Below, piece by piece: positions 18,381 through 30,228 of a stretch of DNA of 64,000 bases (its first letter is position 1; every line of letters starts with the position of its first letter). The stretch is from NCBI GenBank assembly GCA_031411295.1, contig JANOAV010000048.1:1-64000 (forward strand), read 5' to 3'. Made by a program: the position numbers and the translations under genes. The stretch is from Verrucomicrobiales bacterium. Its GTDB lineage: Bacteria; Verrucomicrobiota; Verrucomicrobiia; Verrucomicrobiales; V1-33. Under the pieces are notes generated by a model. It saw only the letters and a program-made list of their open reading frames with translations, was not told the origin of the DNA and ran no database searches.

Positions 18381-19592
18381 ATGCGTTCCGCCAAGCCTGC
18401 TGTTATTTTCATCTTCATTACCTTGTTCCTCGATATCTTCGGGATCGGGGTGATTGTGCCGGTGTTGCCGAATCTGGTAAAGGAATTGCAAAATGGCAAT
18501 GAGGCGGCGGCTTCCCATGCGGTAGGCTGGCTGGGGGCGTTGTATGCGTTGATGCAGTTTGTTTTCTCACCGGCAATGGGCAGTCTGTCCGATCGTTTTG
18601 GAAGGAGGCCCGTCATCCTGGTTTTCTTGTTAGGATCGGGGTTGGATTATCTGGTGCTGGCCTGGGCTCCGAACATGGCGTGGCTGGTTGGGGCGCGGAT
18701 CGTGTCGGGGATCACAGGAGCAAATTTCACGGCTGCCAGTGCCTACATTGCGGATGTCACCCCGCCGGAGAAACGGGCGGCTGGATTCGGCATGATCGGG
18801 GCTGCGTTCGGGTTGGGCTTCATTGCGGGACCGGCCGTGGGTGGGTTGCTGGGGGAACACAATTCCCGTTTACCGTTTCTGGTAGCGGCTGGAGTGACGT
18901 TAGTGAATTGGCTGTATGGCCTGTTCGTGCTCCCGGAATCGCTGGCTCCAGAGAATCGGCGGGCGTTTGACTGGTCCTCAGTGAATCCGTTTCGCTCGCT
19001 GCTGGCATTGCGACGCTGGCCGATTGTGATAGGCTTGGCGGGATCCCAGTTCCTGATGAATTTAGCGCATAACATTTACCCCTGTCTGTGGGTGCTCTAT
19101 ACCGGGCATCGCTATGGCTGGGGCAGCCGGGCGGTTGGCCTCTCGCTGGGGTTGGTGGGCATCACCTCGGCCATCGTGCAGGGTGGGTTGGCGGGAAGGA
19201 TTTTGGGGGAAATTGGGGAACGCCGGGGGGTGATCTTGGGGCTGACGACGATGGGTTGTGGGCTCATGGCTTATGGTTTGGCTCCTGCGGGCTGGATGAT
19301 TTACGTGATTATTGCGTTGGCCGCGGTGGGCGGAGTGGGTGGCCCAGCGGAACAAGCACTCATTTCCAAAGCGGTGCCCGCGAATGAGCAAGGCGCCGTC
19401 CAAGGGGCGCTCAATAGCATGGTTTCGGTGGCAGGAGTGGTGGCGCCCTTGTTGTGGACGTCGATCTACGCCTGGAGTATTAATCTAGACGCGCATCCGG
19501 ATTGGTCGGGACTGGCGTTTCTCGTTGGGGGTGCGGTGAGTTTCCTCGCCATCTGGCCAGCAGTGCGGGCGTTTCGCAAGATCCCGGCGTAA
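18381..19592 (+). CDS. TCR/Tet-family MFS transporter
   Basis: GSLSDRFGRRPV, AYIADVTPPEKRA...GAAFGLGFIAGPAVGG, LPES; start 18348 or 18381. Confidence 0.92.
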   Translation: MRSAKPAVIFIFITLFLDIFGIGVIVPVLPNLVKELQNGNEAAASHAVGWLGALYALMQFVFSPAMGSLSDRFGRRPVILVFLLGSGLDYLVLAWAPNMAWLVGARIVSGITGANFTAASAYIADVTPPEKRAAGFGMIGAAFGLGFIAGPAVGGLLGEHNSRLPFLVAAGVTLVNWLYGLFVLPESLAPENRRAFDWSSVNPFRSLLALRRWPIVIGLAGSQFLMNLAHNIYPCLWVLYTGHRYGWGSRAVGLSLGLVGITSAIVQGGLAGRILGEIGERRGVILGLTTMGCGLMAYGLAPAGWMIYVIIALAAVGGVGGPAEQALISKAVPANEQGAVQGALNSMVSVAGVVAPLLWTSIYAWSINLDAHPDWSGLAFLVGGAVSFLAIWPAVRAFRKIPA

Positions 19593-19773
19593 GCCGGAGT
19601 GTGTTAGAAGAGTGTCCATCGGCAGAATGCTAGTGAACCGTTACTGACCTTGGGGCCAAATAGAGCTTGTCAGCATCAGGAGATTTCTGAGAGAATGCAC
19701 CCTCCTCCACATTAATCAGCTCTCCTCTGCCGATTCAGGTGCCACGCGTTTATTTGCTCAATACGAATCCCCA

Positions 19774-22700
19774 ATGAATCCATTTCGCTCCCCCGTGCTC
19801 TTGCTTGGACTGTTAGCCAGTGCTGCCGGCGTGCAGGCGGAAACGGTCATCATTAGTGAAGTCATGTATCATCCTACCGGAACGAAACCGGAGTTTGTCG
19901 AAGTCCAGAATCTGACTTCGAATCGTTTGGATCTGGCGAAATGGACGTTGTCCGGCGGGGTGAGTTATACGTTTCCCGATTTCAATGCCGGTGCGCCCAC
20001 GGCGCATTTTCTCAAGGAATACGAGCGCATTCTCATGAGTTCAGCCACGGAGGCGGCCACGCGGGCGGCCTATCCGAACATTCCTCCGGTAGTTCGGATA
20101 TACGGACCTTGGACGGGCAGCCTCAATAACGCGGGCGATACCATAACCTTGAAAGACGCGGCCAACGCCAAGCTGTGTGAGCTGACCTATGGCGACAACG
20201 GCAAATGGCCGGTGGCGGCGGATGGCACCGGCCATTCCTTGACGGTGGTGAATAAGGATCGGGCCATCGACGATTGGCGGAACTGGCGGGCGAGCGCGCG
20301 GCGCGATGGCAGCCCTGGCTATGCTGAATTTGTGGTGGCAGAGGAACCCACGAGCACTCCGGTGGTCATGGCGGGGCCGACCATCAACCTGACTGAATTC
20401 AACAGTGCAGCTGGCACGGGCACCCCAGCGGTGCCTGCGGCCGCCAATCCAGGCGACACGCAATGGCGCTTCTACAATGCCGTGGCCGCTCCGCCAGCAA
20501 ACTGGAATCAGCCTGGGTTCGTGGACACCGCCTGGGGCGGTCCGGGCTATGCTCCGCTGGGAACCGAGAACGCAGGTGCTCCCTTCACGGGGATTCGCAC
20601 CCAGGTGGCGCAGACCACTGGACTGCTGACGTATTATTATCGAACCTCAGTAAATTGGACGGGTTCGCTACAGGACAACACTTTCACCATTGACCAATAC
20701 ATTGATGACGGCGTGATTCTCTATTTGAATGGTCAGGAAATTGCCCGCGATCGCATGCCGAATCCGTCGGGTCATGGCAACACGGCGGACCCAACGGCAG
20801 CGCCAGATGCGACCTACGAAACCGGACGGATGACGGGCTCGACGGTGTTGGACGGAAAATTTGTGACCGGAGCAAACGTGTTAGCTGCGGAGATGCACCA
20901 GAACTCTGGCACCAGTTCGGATCATGTCTTCGCGATTCGGATGAAGGTGTCCACCCCGGGCGCGGCGGGAGTGATCATCAATGAAGTGAAACCAGGCACC
21001 GCTGGCAATGGCTTTGTGGAATTCTACAATCCCACGGCGGCTCCGATTGATCTTAATGGATACTATCTCTCCGAAAATCCCGCTAATTTAACCAAATTCA
21101 AAATAACCACGCCGCTCGTGGTGCCCAGTCTGGGCCTGGCAACCATCGGATATGCGGAAACAACGCTCCCGTTGTCAGCAGTCACCGTGGTTTACCTGAC
21201 GCAACCCGACGGCACCACGAAGCAAAGCGCGATCAGCAAAGCGATTCCATTGGATGGGCGATCACTCGGCCGCAAGCCTGCGGGCGGTTCCTCATGGTAT
21301 TTGTTTACTTCCCCCACGCCAGCCGCTCCCAATGCGAGTGCCGTGGCCACCGTCTCGCTTCGGTTGAGCGAAGGCGTCTTCGGTGCCAGCACGCGCTTGG
21401 AAAGTGTGGAGGTGGCGAACCTCGGCACCGCCAGCACAAACACCACGGGCTTTGCGGTGGCCTCGAAACAAGACTTCTCGGACAAAGTCCTGCTGCCGGC
21501 AAGTCTTGCTGGAGGCGGCCTGGCCACGGTGTCAGTAAATTTCACGCCAGACAGTTCGGGAGCGCTGGTGGTGTATCTGATTGACCCTAGCAACAACGTG
21601 CTGGATGCCGCTGAACTGTCCAATGCTGCCGGCCTGCCTTCGGTGCAGCGCTGGCCGCTGACCAGCAATGATTGGTATCACAATGCCACGAACACGCTAA
21701 ACGCCGTCAATGCGCCCACGTTGCATGACGAAATTGTGATCACGGAAATCATGGCTGCCCCGCCGTCGAATCATGCGGATGGCGAGTTCGTGGAATTGTA
21801 TAATCGTAGCGGCACTACGGTTAGCCTGGCGGGTTGGCGCTTCGTGGACGGGATCTCGTTTGATTTTCCTAACATAGCCACCTTGGGCGCAGGACAGTAT
21901 TTGGTGTTGGCCAAAAATCCGGCTTACATGACCGCGAACTATGGTGCCATCGCCAACCTCTACGGCCCCTTTAGCGGCACCTTGAAGGATGGTGGTGAGT
22001 TGCTGCGGCTGGAAGATGAGCGCGGAAATCTGGCGGACAGCGTGGACTATAACAACGGTGGGCAATGGCCCAGTGAAACGTCCGGGGCTGGTTCCAGCTT
22101 GGAGTTGATTCATCCTGACATGGATAACAGCCAGCCTTCCTCGTGGCGTGCCAGTGATGAAGCGAACAAAACCACCTTCCAAAGTTATTCGTTCTCCGGA
22201 ATCTACAAGGAGCTGCGCGGTCAGCCCAACGTGCTCACAGCCACGCGGGAACTGCTGTTAAATCTCGCAGGCGATGGTCACCTCATTTTAAAGAACCTGA
22301 GGCTAACTACTTCTTCCGCCCCAGCTACCAACCAGATTGTGGGTGGAGACACCACTTCTCACGGCACTGGAAACAGCGTCAGTGGCTGGCTGTGCACCGG
22401 CACTCATTGCCTCAGTGACACCCAGTCAGATGGGTTCCATTTGATCAGCGTCGGCACGGGCGACACCAAGGCCAACAAGGCTGAAGTGGATGTCATCGGG
22501 ATTATTCCCAATGACACCCTAACGCTGACTTTCGATGCCCGGTGGGTTTCTGGCACGTCAGTGATGATCGCCCAGACATGGGATCGCAGTTTTGGGAAAG
22601 TGTTCCGTTTTCCGATCCCAAACAATCTCGGCACGCCGGGCGCGGTCAACTCACGGGCCGTGGCCGCCGCGGCTCCCACGGTTGACCAGATGCGGCACTC

Positions 22701-23811
22701 CCCAGTCGTTCCGCGCTCCACGGAACCGGTGGTGGTGACGGCCAAAGTTTCCTCCGCCACTCCGCTTGCCAGCGTTTCCTTGATCGAACGCATCGACAAT
22801 GTGACCGCTTCCAACACTTGGAACACGATGGCCATGAATGACAGCGGCACCGGAGGTGATGCCGTGGCAGGCGATGGCGTCTGGTCAGCCACGGTGGCTG
22901 CACGAGGAGATGGTGTTATCACCCAGTTCTACATCCAAGCCACCGCCACCAACGGTCAGATCAACCAATGTCCGCGCAATGGGGTCGCGCGTCCCGGCCT
23001 GTGGATCGTTGACAACTCACCACCGTCCACCGCCCCAGGGTTGCTGACGCATCGCTATGTGTTGTCGCTCTACCATCGCAACGCGCTCACGGCAGCTACG
23101 GGCTTCTCCGCCACGTATGATTGGGATCACCCGCGGATGTCGAATTTCGGGTTCAACGCCACGATCATTTTGAACGAAACGGATGTCCTCTACAACTCGG
23201 AACTGCGTCGTGGTGGCAGCCCGTGGACCCGCACCGGAGCCAATACGCTGGACCGGGCACGCTGGAAACCACCGGGGGACAACGTCTTCCGCAATCGCAG
23301 CAAGACTGGCATTGATAACGATTCCACGAACACCAATACCGGACCGTCGCGCTTCCATAACCGCACGGTGCGTTATATGCTCTATTTGCTGGGCTATCCC
23401 GTGCCGGATTCGGAGTTCATTCAGCAAATCGTCAACGCGGACAATCCTCGCTTGGGTGATGAACAGGAGCAGACCGACAGCGAGTTCTTCGACCGCGCCT
23501 ACGAGAATGGCTCCAGCTCCGAGCTGTATGAAATAGACGACTCCTGGTTCATGTATGATACCAACAATATGGATGACCGCCTGGATGCAGGCTCGGTCAC
23601 GGGTCGTTGGTCCTTGCTCGACTGGAATAACAGCACCGCAGCATTTCCGGGCGACGAAAGCCCCATCTTCTTCCATGGCAACTGGCCGGTTCGTTTCCCC
23701 GAAGACCGCTATGATTACGCTTCCCTCTCCGCGCTAATTAAGAAGGCGTTCAACAACAACACCGTGGTCACCTCGATGCCGGTAGCAAGCCAGGATGCTT
23801 GGCTGGAGTAG
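19774..23811 (+). CDS. Large secreted lamin-tail-domain/CotH-kinase protein, N-terminal part ending at an in-frame TAG
   Basis: Signal peptide; repeated IISEVMYHP...EFVE lamin-tail modules; MNDSGTGGDAVAGDGVW; start of the CotH-like region. Confidence 0.85.
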   Translation: MNPFRSPVLLLGLLASAAGVQAETVIISEVMYHPTGTKPEFVEVQNLTSNRLDLAKWTLSGGVSYTFPDFNAGAPTAHFLKEYERILMSSATEAATRAAYPNIPPVVRIYGPWTGSLNNAGDTITLKDAANAKLCELTYGDNGKWPVAADGTGHSLTVVNKDRAIDDWRNWRASARRDGSPGYAEFVVAEEPTSTPVVMAGPTINLTEFNSAAGTGTPAVPAAANPGDTQWRFYNAVAAPPANWNQPGFVDTAWGGPGYAPLGTENAGAPFTGIRTQVAQTTGLLTYYYRTSVNWTGSLQDNTFTIDQYIDDGVILYLNGQEIARDRMPNPSGHGNTADPTAAPDATYETGRMTGSTVLDGKFVTGANVLAAEMHQNSGTSSDHVFAIRMKVSTPGAAGVIINEVKPGTAGNGFVEFYNPTAAPIDLNGYYLSENPANLTKFKITTPLVVPSLGLATIGYAETTLPLSAVTVVYLTQPDGTTKQSAISKAIPLDGRSLGRKPAGGSSWYLFTSPTPAAPNASAVATVSLRLSEGVFGASTRLESVEVANLGTASTNTTGFAVASKQDFSDKVLLPASLAGGGLATVSVNFTPDSSGALVVYLIDPSNNVLDAAELSNAAGLPSVQRWPLTSNDWYHNATNTLNAVNAPTLHDEIVITEIMAAPPSNHADGEFVELYNRSGTTVSLAGWRFVDGISFDFPNIATLGAGQYLVLAKNPAYMTANYGAIANLYGPFSGTLKDGGELLRLEDERGNLADSVDYNNGGQWPSETSGAGSSLELIHPDMDNSQPSSWRASDEANKTTFQSYSFSGIYKELRGQPNVLTATRELLLNLAGDGHLILKNLRLTTSSAPATNQIVGGDTTSHGTGNSVSGWLCTGTHCLSDTQSDGFHLISVGTGDTKANKAEVDVIGIIPNDTLTLTFDARWVSGTSVMIAQTWDRSFGKVFRFPIPNNLGTPGAVNSRAVAAAAPTVDQMRHSPVVPRSTEPVVVTAKVSSATPLASVSLIERIDNVTASNTWNTMAMNDSGTGGDAVAGDGVWSATVAARGDGVITQFYIQATATNGQINQCPRNGVARPGLWIVDNSPPSTAPGLLTHRYVLSLYHRNALTAATGFSATYDWDHPRMSNFGFNATIILNETDVLYNSELRRGGSPWTRTGANTLDRARWKPPGDNVFRNRSKTGIDNDSTNTNTGPSRFHNRTVRYMLYLLGYPVPDSEFIQQIVNADNPRLGDEQEQTDSEFFDRAYENGSSSELYEIDDSWFMYDTNNMDDRLDAGSVTGRWSLLDWNNSTAAFPGDESPIFFHGNWPVRFPEDRYDYASLSALIKKAFNNNTVVTSMPVASQDAWLE

Positions 23812-26277
23812 ATGGATCGCATGTTGGATCTGAAGCGGGCCGCACTCTATGCCGCAGTGCGGTGCTACATTGGGGATTGGGATAACTTCACGGGCAACCG
23901 CGGCAAGAATGGCTATTTCTATCGACGCCCAACGGACGGAAAATTTGAGTTTCACCATTGGGACAGCGACCTTGGATTCCAAACTGGCTATTTCAACATG
24001 GCCGTTCCCGGCACCGTCGGTGGCACGGGCTGGACAAATCTCACGGGCACCCCGCTGTTCCGGCATTATGTGAATTTCTATCTCACGGAACTGCTGCAGA
24101 AATACACCAAAAACTCTGCGCGCATGAATGCGTTTCTGGATGCTAATAATTATCAGACCGGTGCCACGGATCCACTGGCACCGTTCACCCTGCGGACCAG
24201 CAGCGTTTATCCTGCAAACGATGGCGATGTGGCGTCACGCGGGCTGGAAGTTTACACCAACTGGTGGAATCGTCGGGAAGCGAACATCATTACCCAAATC
24301 AACACCTATGGTGGCACCAACCTCACGCGACCCTATTCCATCTCCACGACCAACAATCAGACCGTCAGCACACCAACGTTTACCATTAATGGCGAAGCTC
24401 CTTCCAGCGTGTGGAGCGTGGATGTTCTGGGGCATCCGGAAGGAGTATTCGCGTGGGTGCCCACCACTGTAAACAATGCCCTGTGGACCATCACAAACCT
24501 GCGTTTGGCCAACGGTCTAAACGCACTCACGGTGAGGTTCCTTGGTTCGGATGGTAGCATCCTGAGCACGCTACCGTTCAATGTCACGCTGACGGGAAAT
24601 GCTCCGCCGTTGGTTTACCTAACGGTCAGTCCCGGATCGGGAAATCTCACGGCCAACGAACTGGTCACGCTGGATGCTACCGGCAGCTACGATCCAGAAG
24701 GCACGGCCCTGACTTACAACTGGACCATAACACCGACCGCTGGAGCCACCATCGCCCACAGCGTGCCGGGTAAGACGGAGGCTCGATTCCAGATTCCCGG
24801 AGTCTATAGTGTTTCCCTAACCGTGACTGATGTGGGCGGAGCCGCCACCATGGTCACGCGGGAACTCACGGTTACGAACGGCAGTGATTTCACCTCCTTC
24901 GGCAGCAGCGCTGGCTTGGATCCCAGCTACACCGTGCAGAATGTGGAACTGCGGGACGACTTCTCGCCCAGTAATTGGTATTCACTGGCTGACCTCAGTG
25001 GCCGCCTGCTAATCCAAGTGCTGGACGATGCCGCCAAGCCATTGGGGAATCCCACGTTCACCCATCCGCTCATCACGCGTGACGTGCCGGACGCGTCTGA
25101 TTTCACTTTGCAAACAGAGCTGGAGCCGGACACGCGGGAGTTCGGAAATTACCTAACCGGGCTGTGGCTGGATACGGTCGAATCCGGCGTTTCCACGAAA
25201 TATGCGTTTGGAATCGATGGCAGCAGCAATCTGATCGTCTCGCGTGCCGCCAGTGGAGCCTGGGGACAAGTTTCCAGCACGTCGATCACTGGCAGCGGTG
25301 CCCTGCTGCGCATCCGCCGCGTGGGCCCAAACCTCCTTTTCCAACGCGGCCTGTCTGGCGTCTGGACGACCTTCTACACCCAAGCCATTCCCGCCGGAAC
25401 GATCGCGGGCAGAGGCGGGATCTTCGTGGCCACGACCACTGCCACGACGGTGCGCGTAGCATTTGATTACCTGCTCGTAGCTGACCCCGCCAATACGAAT
25501 TCCGTCCTAGCCAGCCTGCGCATTTGTGAAGTGATGTATAACCCCGCTCCCACCGGCGTGGAATACATCGAGCTTTGCAACTACGGTGCCCAGACCATCA
25601 ACCTGCAAGGCTGCAGCTTCGATAACACCAAACCATTCGCACTCTTCACCTTCGGCAACGAACCCCTGCAGCCTGGAGAAACCATCTGCATCACGGAAAA
25701 CGTAACCGCTTTCCAAGCCAAATACGGCACCAGCATTCGACTAGCCGGAGCGTGGACCAGTGGCAGCCTGAGTAATGGCGGAGAACAAATCATCCTGCGC
25801 GATGCCACCGCCAACGAGATTCACAATTTCACCTATCATGACAACACCGATCCCACCTGGCCTGCCGCCGCCGATGGCACCGGCCCCTCCTTGGAAATCA
25901 TTGATCCACAAGGAAACTACGATCTCGGCTCCAACTGGCGTGCCAGCGCAGAAACGGCAGGCTCTCCAGGCTACCTCGGACTCGGCCCCGACACCGATGG
26001 CGATGGCCTCGCAGACATCATCGAAGCTCGTTTCGGCACGGATCCAGCCAACCCCGGCTCCACTCCTGCGGCCACCAGCGCCCGCGCGATGGATGGTTCA
26101 GTGAACATTTCCTTCCCCACCGTAAACGGGCGGAGCTACCGCGTCGAGTATTCCACCAACCTGCAAATCTGGCTAACACTACAAACCCTAACCGCCACCG
26201 GCCCCAGCGCCTCCACCAACGATACCGCCATCCTCACAGAACCGCATCGCTACTACCGCGTGGTGGCGTTACCGTAA
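23812..26277 (+). CDS. Same-frame C-terminal part: CotH C-half, PKD domain, lamin-tail domain, YYRV tail
   Basis: GDWDN...KNGYFY...WDSDLGF, LDATGSYDPEG, ICEVMYNP; no signal peptide. Confidence 0.85.
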   Translation: MDRMLDLKRAALYAAVRCYIGDWDNFTGNRGKNGYFYRRPTDGKFEFHHWDSDLGFQTGYFNMAVPGTVGGTGWTNLTGTPLFRHYVNFYLTELLQKYTKNSARMNAFLDANNYQTGATDPLAPFTLRTSSVYPANDGDVASRGLEVYTNWWNRREANIITQINTYGGTNLTRPYSISTTNNQTVSTPTFTINGEAPSSVWSVDVLGHPEGVFAWVPTTVNNALWTITNLRLANGLNALTVRFLGSDGSILSTLPFNVTLTGNAPPLVYLTVSPGSGNLTANELVTLDATGSYDPEGTALTYNWTITPTAGATIAHSVPGKTEARFQIPGVYSVSLTVTDVGGAATMVTRELTVTNGSDFTSFGSSAGLDPSYTVQNVELRDDFSPSNWYSLADLSGRLLIQVLDDAAKPLGNPTFTHPLITRDVPDASDFTLQTELEPDTREFGNYLTGLWLDTVESGVSTKYAFGIDGSSNLIVSRAASGAWGQVSSTSITGSGALLRIRRVGPNLLFQRGLSGVWTTFYTQAIPAGTIAGRGGIFVATTTATTVRVAFDYLLVADPANTNSVLASLRICEVMYNPAPTGVEYIELCNYGAQTINLQGCSFDNTKPFALFTFGNEPLQPGETICITENVTAFQAKYGTSIRLAGAWTSGSLSNGGEQIILRDATANEIHNFTYHDNTDPTWPAAADGTGPSLEIIDPQGNYDLGSNWRASAETAGSPGYLGLGPDTDGDGLADIIEARFGTDPANPGSTPAATSARAMDGSVNISFPTVNGRSYRVEYSTNLQIWLTLQTLTATGPSASTNDTAILTEPHRYYRVVALP

Positions 26278-26366
26278 TCCACGACGTAGAGGCCGAATTT
26301 AGAGGCCAGTGTAATGAGGGCGGCAAGATCAACGGCCGGGAAATCGCGAGCTATCCGCTGGCGGGA

Positions 26367-26816
26367 TTGCAGCCCAACCGTGGTTATACCAACCTCAGTC
26401 AGAATGTCGCCACCACCCTCCCCGCCACCAAAGGCACGTATTTCATGGGCCTCGTCGTCACGGAATTGCAGGCTTCCGGCTACGTCATTACTGACTACCG
26501 GAACTTCGACGACACGCTGGTGCTGGCCCCAGCCAAATTGCTGAAACTAACCGGCCCCTGGACCTGGAAATCCAATCCCGCTGGCGGCACCATCGACCTC
26601 ACCGTCGCGAAAATTTCCCACACCCGCCCAGGCAACACCGGCTCCCTGAAGCTCGCAGTCTGGGCCACCGAGGAACCCTACACCGGCGGGGCCATCCGAG
26701 GCTTCGAACTCGGCAGCGTCAAGAAAGACGCCCTTTTATCTCAGGGATTTATACAGAGGTGTATTTATTCGGAATTGTATCTTGACGGCGGCTGCCAATC
26801 AACCTCCTCCTCCTAG
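26367..26816 (+). pseudogene. Probable 5'-truncated fragment of a secreted protein gene
   Basis: Coding-like segment (TGSLKLAVWATEEPYTGG) with no good start; degenerates into AT-rich sequence near 26735. Confidence 0.4.
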
Positions 26817-26901
26817 AATTTGGCAAAACCGAGGAGTATGGCATCATGGACCCCATCGCAGGCTCTAAGGTGACGACGTTTAAGTGAGGCACTTCCAGAA
26901 G

Positions 26902-26932
26902 GTGGTCCGCACAAGTCCCCTGTGCGGTTCAT
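26902..26932 (+). repeat. GTGG-type REP-like hairpin copy 1
   Basis: GTGGT-CCGCACA-AGTCCCC-TGTGCGG-TTCAT; second copy at 27891. Confidence 0.75.
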
Positions 26933-26967
26933 AAAGCCACCCCTCAAGCCACGCAGCTCCCCAACTC

Positions 26968-27777
26968 TTATCGCAGGCCAAAGGGAATCGTCAGAGCCTT
27001 CTGAATCCGCTGCAACATAACCTCGTTAGGCCGGATCGGCACGATGTCGATGGGAAACAAGCGCCCGGCAAACTCCAGGACGTTCGTCGTTCCGGTATCG
27101 AACACCACCACATTATCCGCAGCTCGATACCATGCCTCCGCCAGCAATTGTTCAAAACCTGCCTCTGTGAAAAATTTAGCAATCGCCAATTGAGACGCCG
27201 CCACCGGATCGATGAAACGCTGGGAAATCACAATCCTAAATTGCCCTTCCAGCATCGCAAAACCCTCCAATCGATGCTCCAGTGCGGGAAACAACGCATG
27301 CGTCAATGCCATCCGCCGCAAATACTGCATTGGCGTCCCCGGTTTCAGCCCAAACCAATCGCTGACCATCCCCGAAACCACGGTGAGATCCACCTGAGGA
27401 TAGAATCCGAAATGCTGCCCTTTCGTGATCTTCACGACACGCTGAACAGGTTCGCCAACTCGCAAAATATCATGCTCCATACGCCCTCGGATTCTCCCGC
27501 TCAAAGAATCTGAAGGAATCCAAAGTCCCGCCTCATCCGCCCAAGAACACAAACAGGCTATTTCTTGGTCCCGCCTTCGACCAAAGGCATAGGGCGTCCA
27601 AGCACAGTCTGCATCATCTCCAAGGCTTCCGCTAACGACCGCTTCGGCATCTGCGAAATCAACCGCTCGCCTTCCTCCTTCGACATCAGCGGGATCACGG
27701 GCACAATCTTCCTCACCACCTCGGCCTGTTGGGCGTTGGGGGAAGCTAACGTCTTCCGGCTCGGGGGCGTCTTGCAT
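26968..27777 (-). CDS. Putative polyvalent-protein kinase-like domain protein
   Basis: GRMEHDI, VVKIT, TPMQYLRRMAL...LF, IVISQRFI, D...NVL...GRLFPID motifs. Confidence 0.65.
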   Translation of the reverse strand: MQDAPEPEDVSFPQRPTGRGGEEDCARDPADVEGGRRAVDFADAEAVVSGSLGDDADCAWTPYAFGRRRDQEIACLCSWADEAGLWIPSDSLSGRIRGRMEHDILRVGEPVQRVVKITKGQHFGFYPQVDLTVVSGMVSDWFGLKPGTPMQYLRRMALTHALFPALEHRLEGFAMLEGQFRIVISQRFIDPVAASQLAIAKFFTEAGFEQLLAEAWYRAADNVVVFDTGTTNVLEFAGRLFPIDIVPIRPNEVMLQRIQKALTIPFGLR

Positions 27778-27890
27778 TCTTCAGGATGAGCGACTGCGAT
27801 CATGCCAACAACGTGGACCACAGGCTGTGATTTTCAAGCATATTCTAAAACAAGCGCGCCATGAGAACTCCCCAGGCGGGAACGACCGCA

Positions 27891-27920
27891 GTGGTCTGCA
27901 CAGTCCTCTGTGCGGTTCAT
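27891..27920 (+). repeat. GTGG-type REP-like hairpin copy 2
   Basis: GTGGTCTGCACAGTCCTCTGTGCGGTTCAT. Confidence 0.75.
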
Positions 27921-27995
27921 CACGTCTCGTCTTCGATATTAGACATTGGGTGTCCAAGCCCCAGATTGCATCGCCTCATCTCCAAGGGGGCCCCT

Positions 27996-28472
27996 TCATT
28001 CCCGCCCCGGCAATTCATCACCCTCCAACCGTTCACGCAACAGGAGCAGCACGCGTTGGAAGATGGCGAGGTCTTCTGGGGAGATGCCTTTGGACAGTTT
28101 GTTGACCCAGGGGGCCTGGAGGGCCATGGCGGATGCGTAGGCTTGTTTTCCTTTGTCGGTTAGGACTACGAGTTGGGCGCGGCGGTGGCGGGGGTTGGTT
28201 TCGAAGGTTAGGAATTCCAGGGCTTGGAGGTCGTTGACGATGCGCTGGACGTTCTGGCGGTTGGCTCCCAGGTTGCGGGCGATCCAGGCGACGGTTTGCG
28301 GTTGGCCGGCCCGGACGATGGCTCCGAGGATCTGCCAGCGTGCGCCTGTTAGGTCCAAGTGTGCGGCCAGGCGATCTCCTGCGAGCAGGATGAGGCTGTT
28401 CACACGGAAGAGGTCCATGGTCAGGGCGGTTAAGGTTTCGCCTACGGGAGTGCGTTGAGGAATTTTGGCCAT
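27996..28472 (-). CDS. MarR-family transcriptional regulator
   Basis: LTGARWQILGAI...TVAWIARNLGANRQNVQRIVNDL...NPRHRRAQLVVLTDKG. Confidence 0.92.
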   Translation of the reverse strand: MAKIPQRTPVGETLTALTMDLFRVNSLILLAGDRLAAHLDLTGARWQILGAIVRAGQPQTVAWIARNLGANRQNVQRIVNDLQALEFLTFETNPRHRRAQLVVLTDKGKQAYASAMALQAPWVNKLSKGISPEDLAIFQRVLLLLRERLEGDELPGRE

Positions 28473-28489
28473 TGGGGGTGCAATTAGGA

Positions 28490-28518
28490 TTGACATCATG
28501 ATGTCATATTCAAATACT
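28490..28518 (+). promoter_or_regulatory. Perfect 16-bp palindrome TGACATCATGATGTCA (28491-28506) overlapping a TTGACA-N17-AATACT promoter; probable MarR operator
   Basis: Read directly in the divergent marR/esterase intergenic region. Confidence 0.7.
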
Positions 28519-28535
28519 CGTAGCGTTCAACCTAA

Positions 28536-30110
<1,575 letters not shown>

Positions 30111-30112
30111 AC

Positions 30113-30213
30113 ATGGCAAGGGAATGGGGGCAAAGGAATGCTTGAAAAGCTTTATTGAGCCAGACCAATTTTTCTTTCTCCTCATTATTCCCTTGCCCCC
30201 ATTCCCTTGCCAT
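30113..30213. repeat. Hairpin element 1 with 27-bp inverted arms (ATGGCAAGGGAATGGGGGCAARGGAAT)
   Basis: Arms 30113-30139 and 30187-30213, 1 mismatch. Confidence 0.92.
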
Positions 30214-30228
30214 CCTCCTCACCCGCCC

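Noticed and set aside
23809..23811. Pyrrolysine or genome-wide TAG recoding
   Set aside because: TAG is a normal stop for other genes here (e.g. ptsH, proC, ruvB-region genes), and no pyl genes are in the window.
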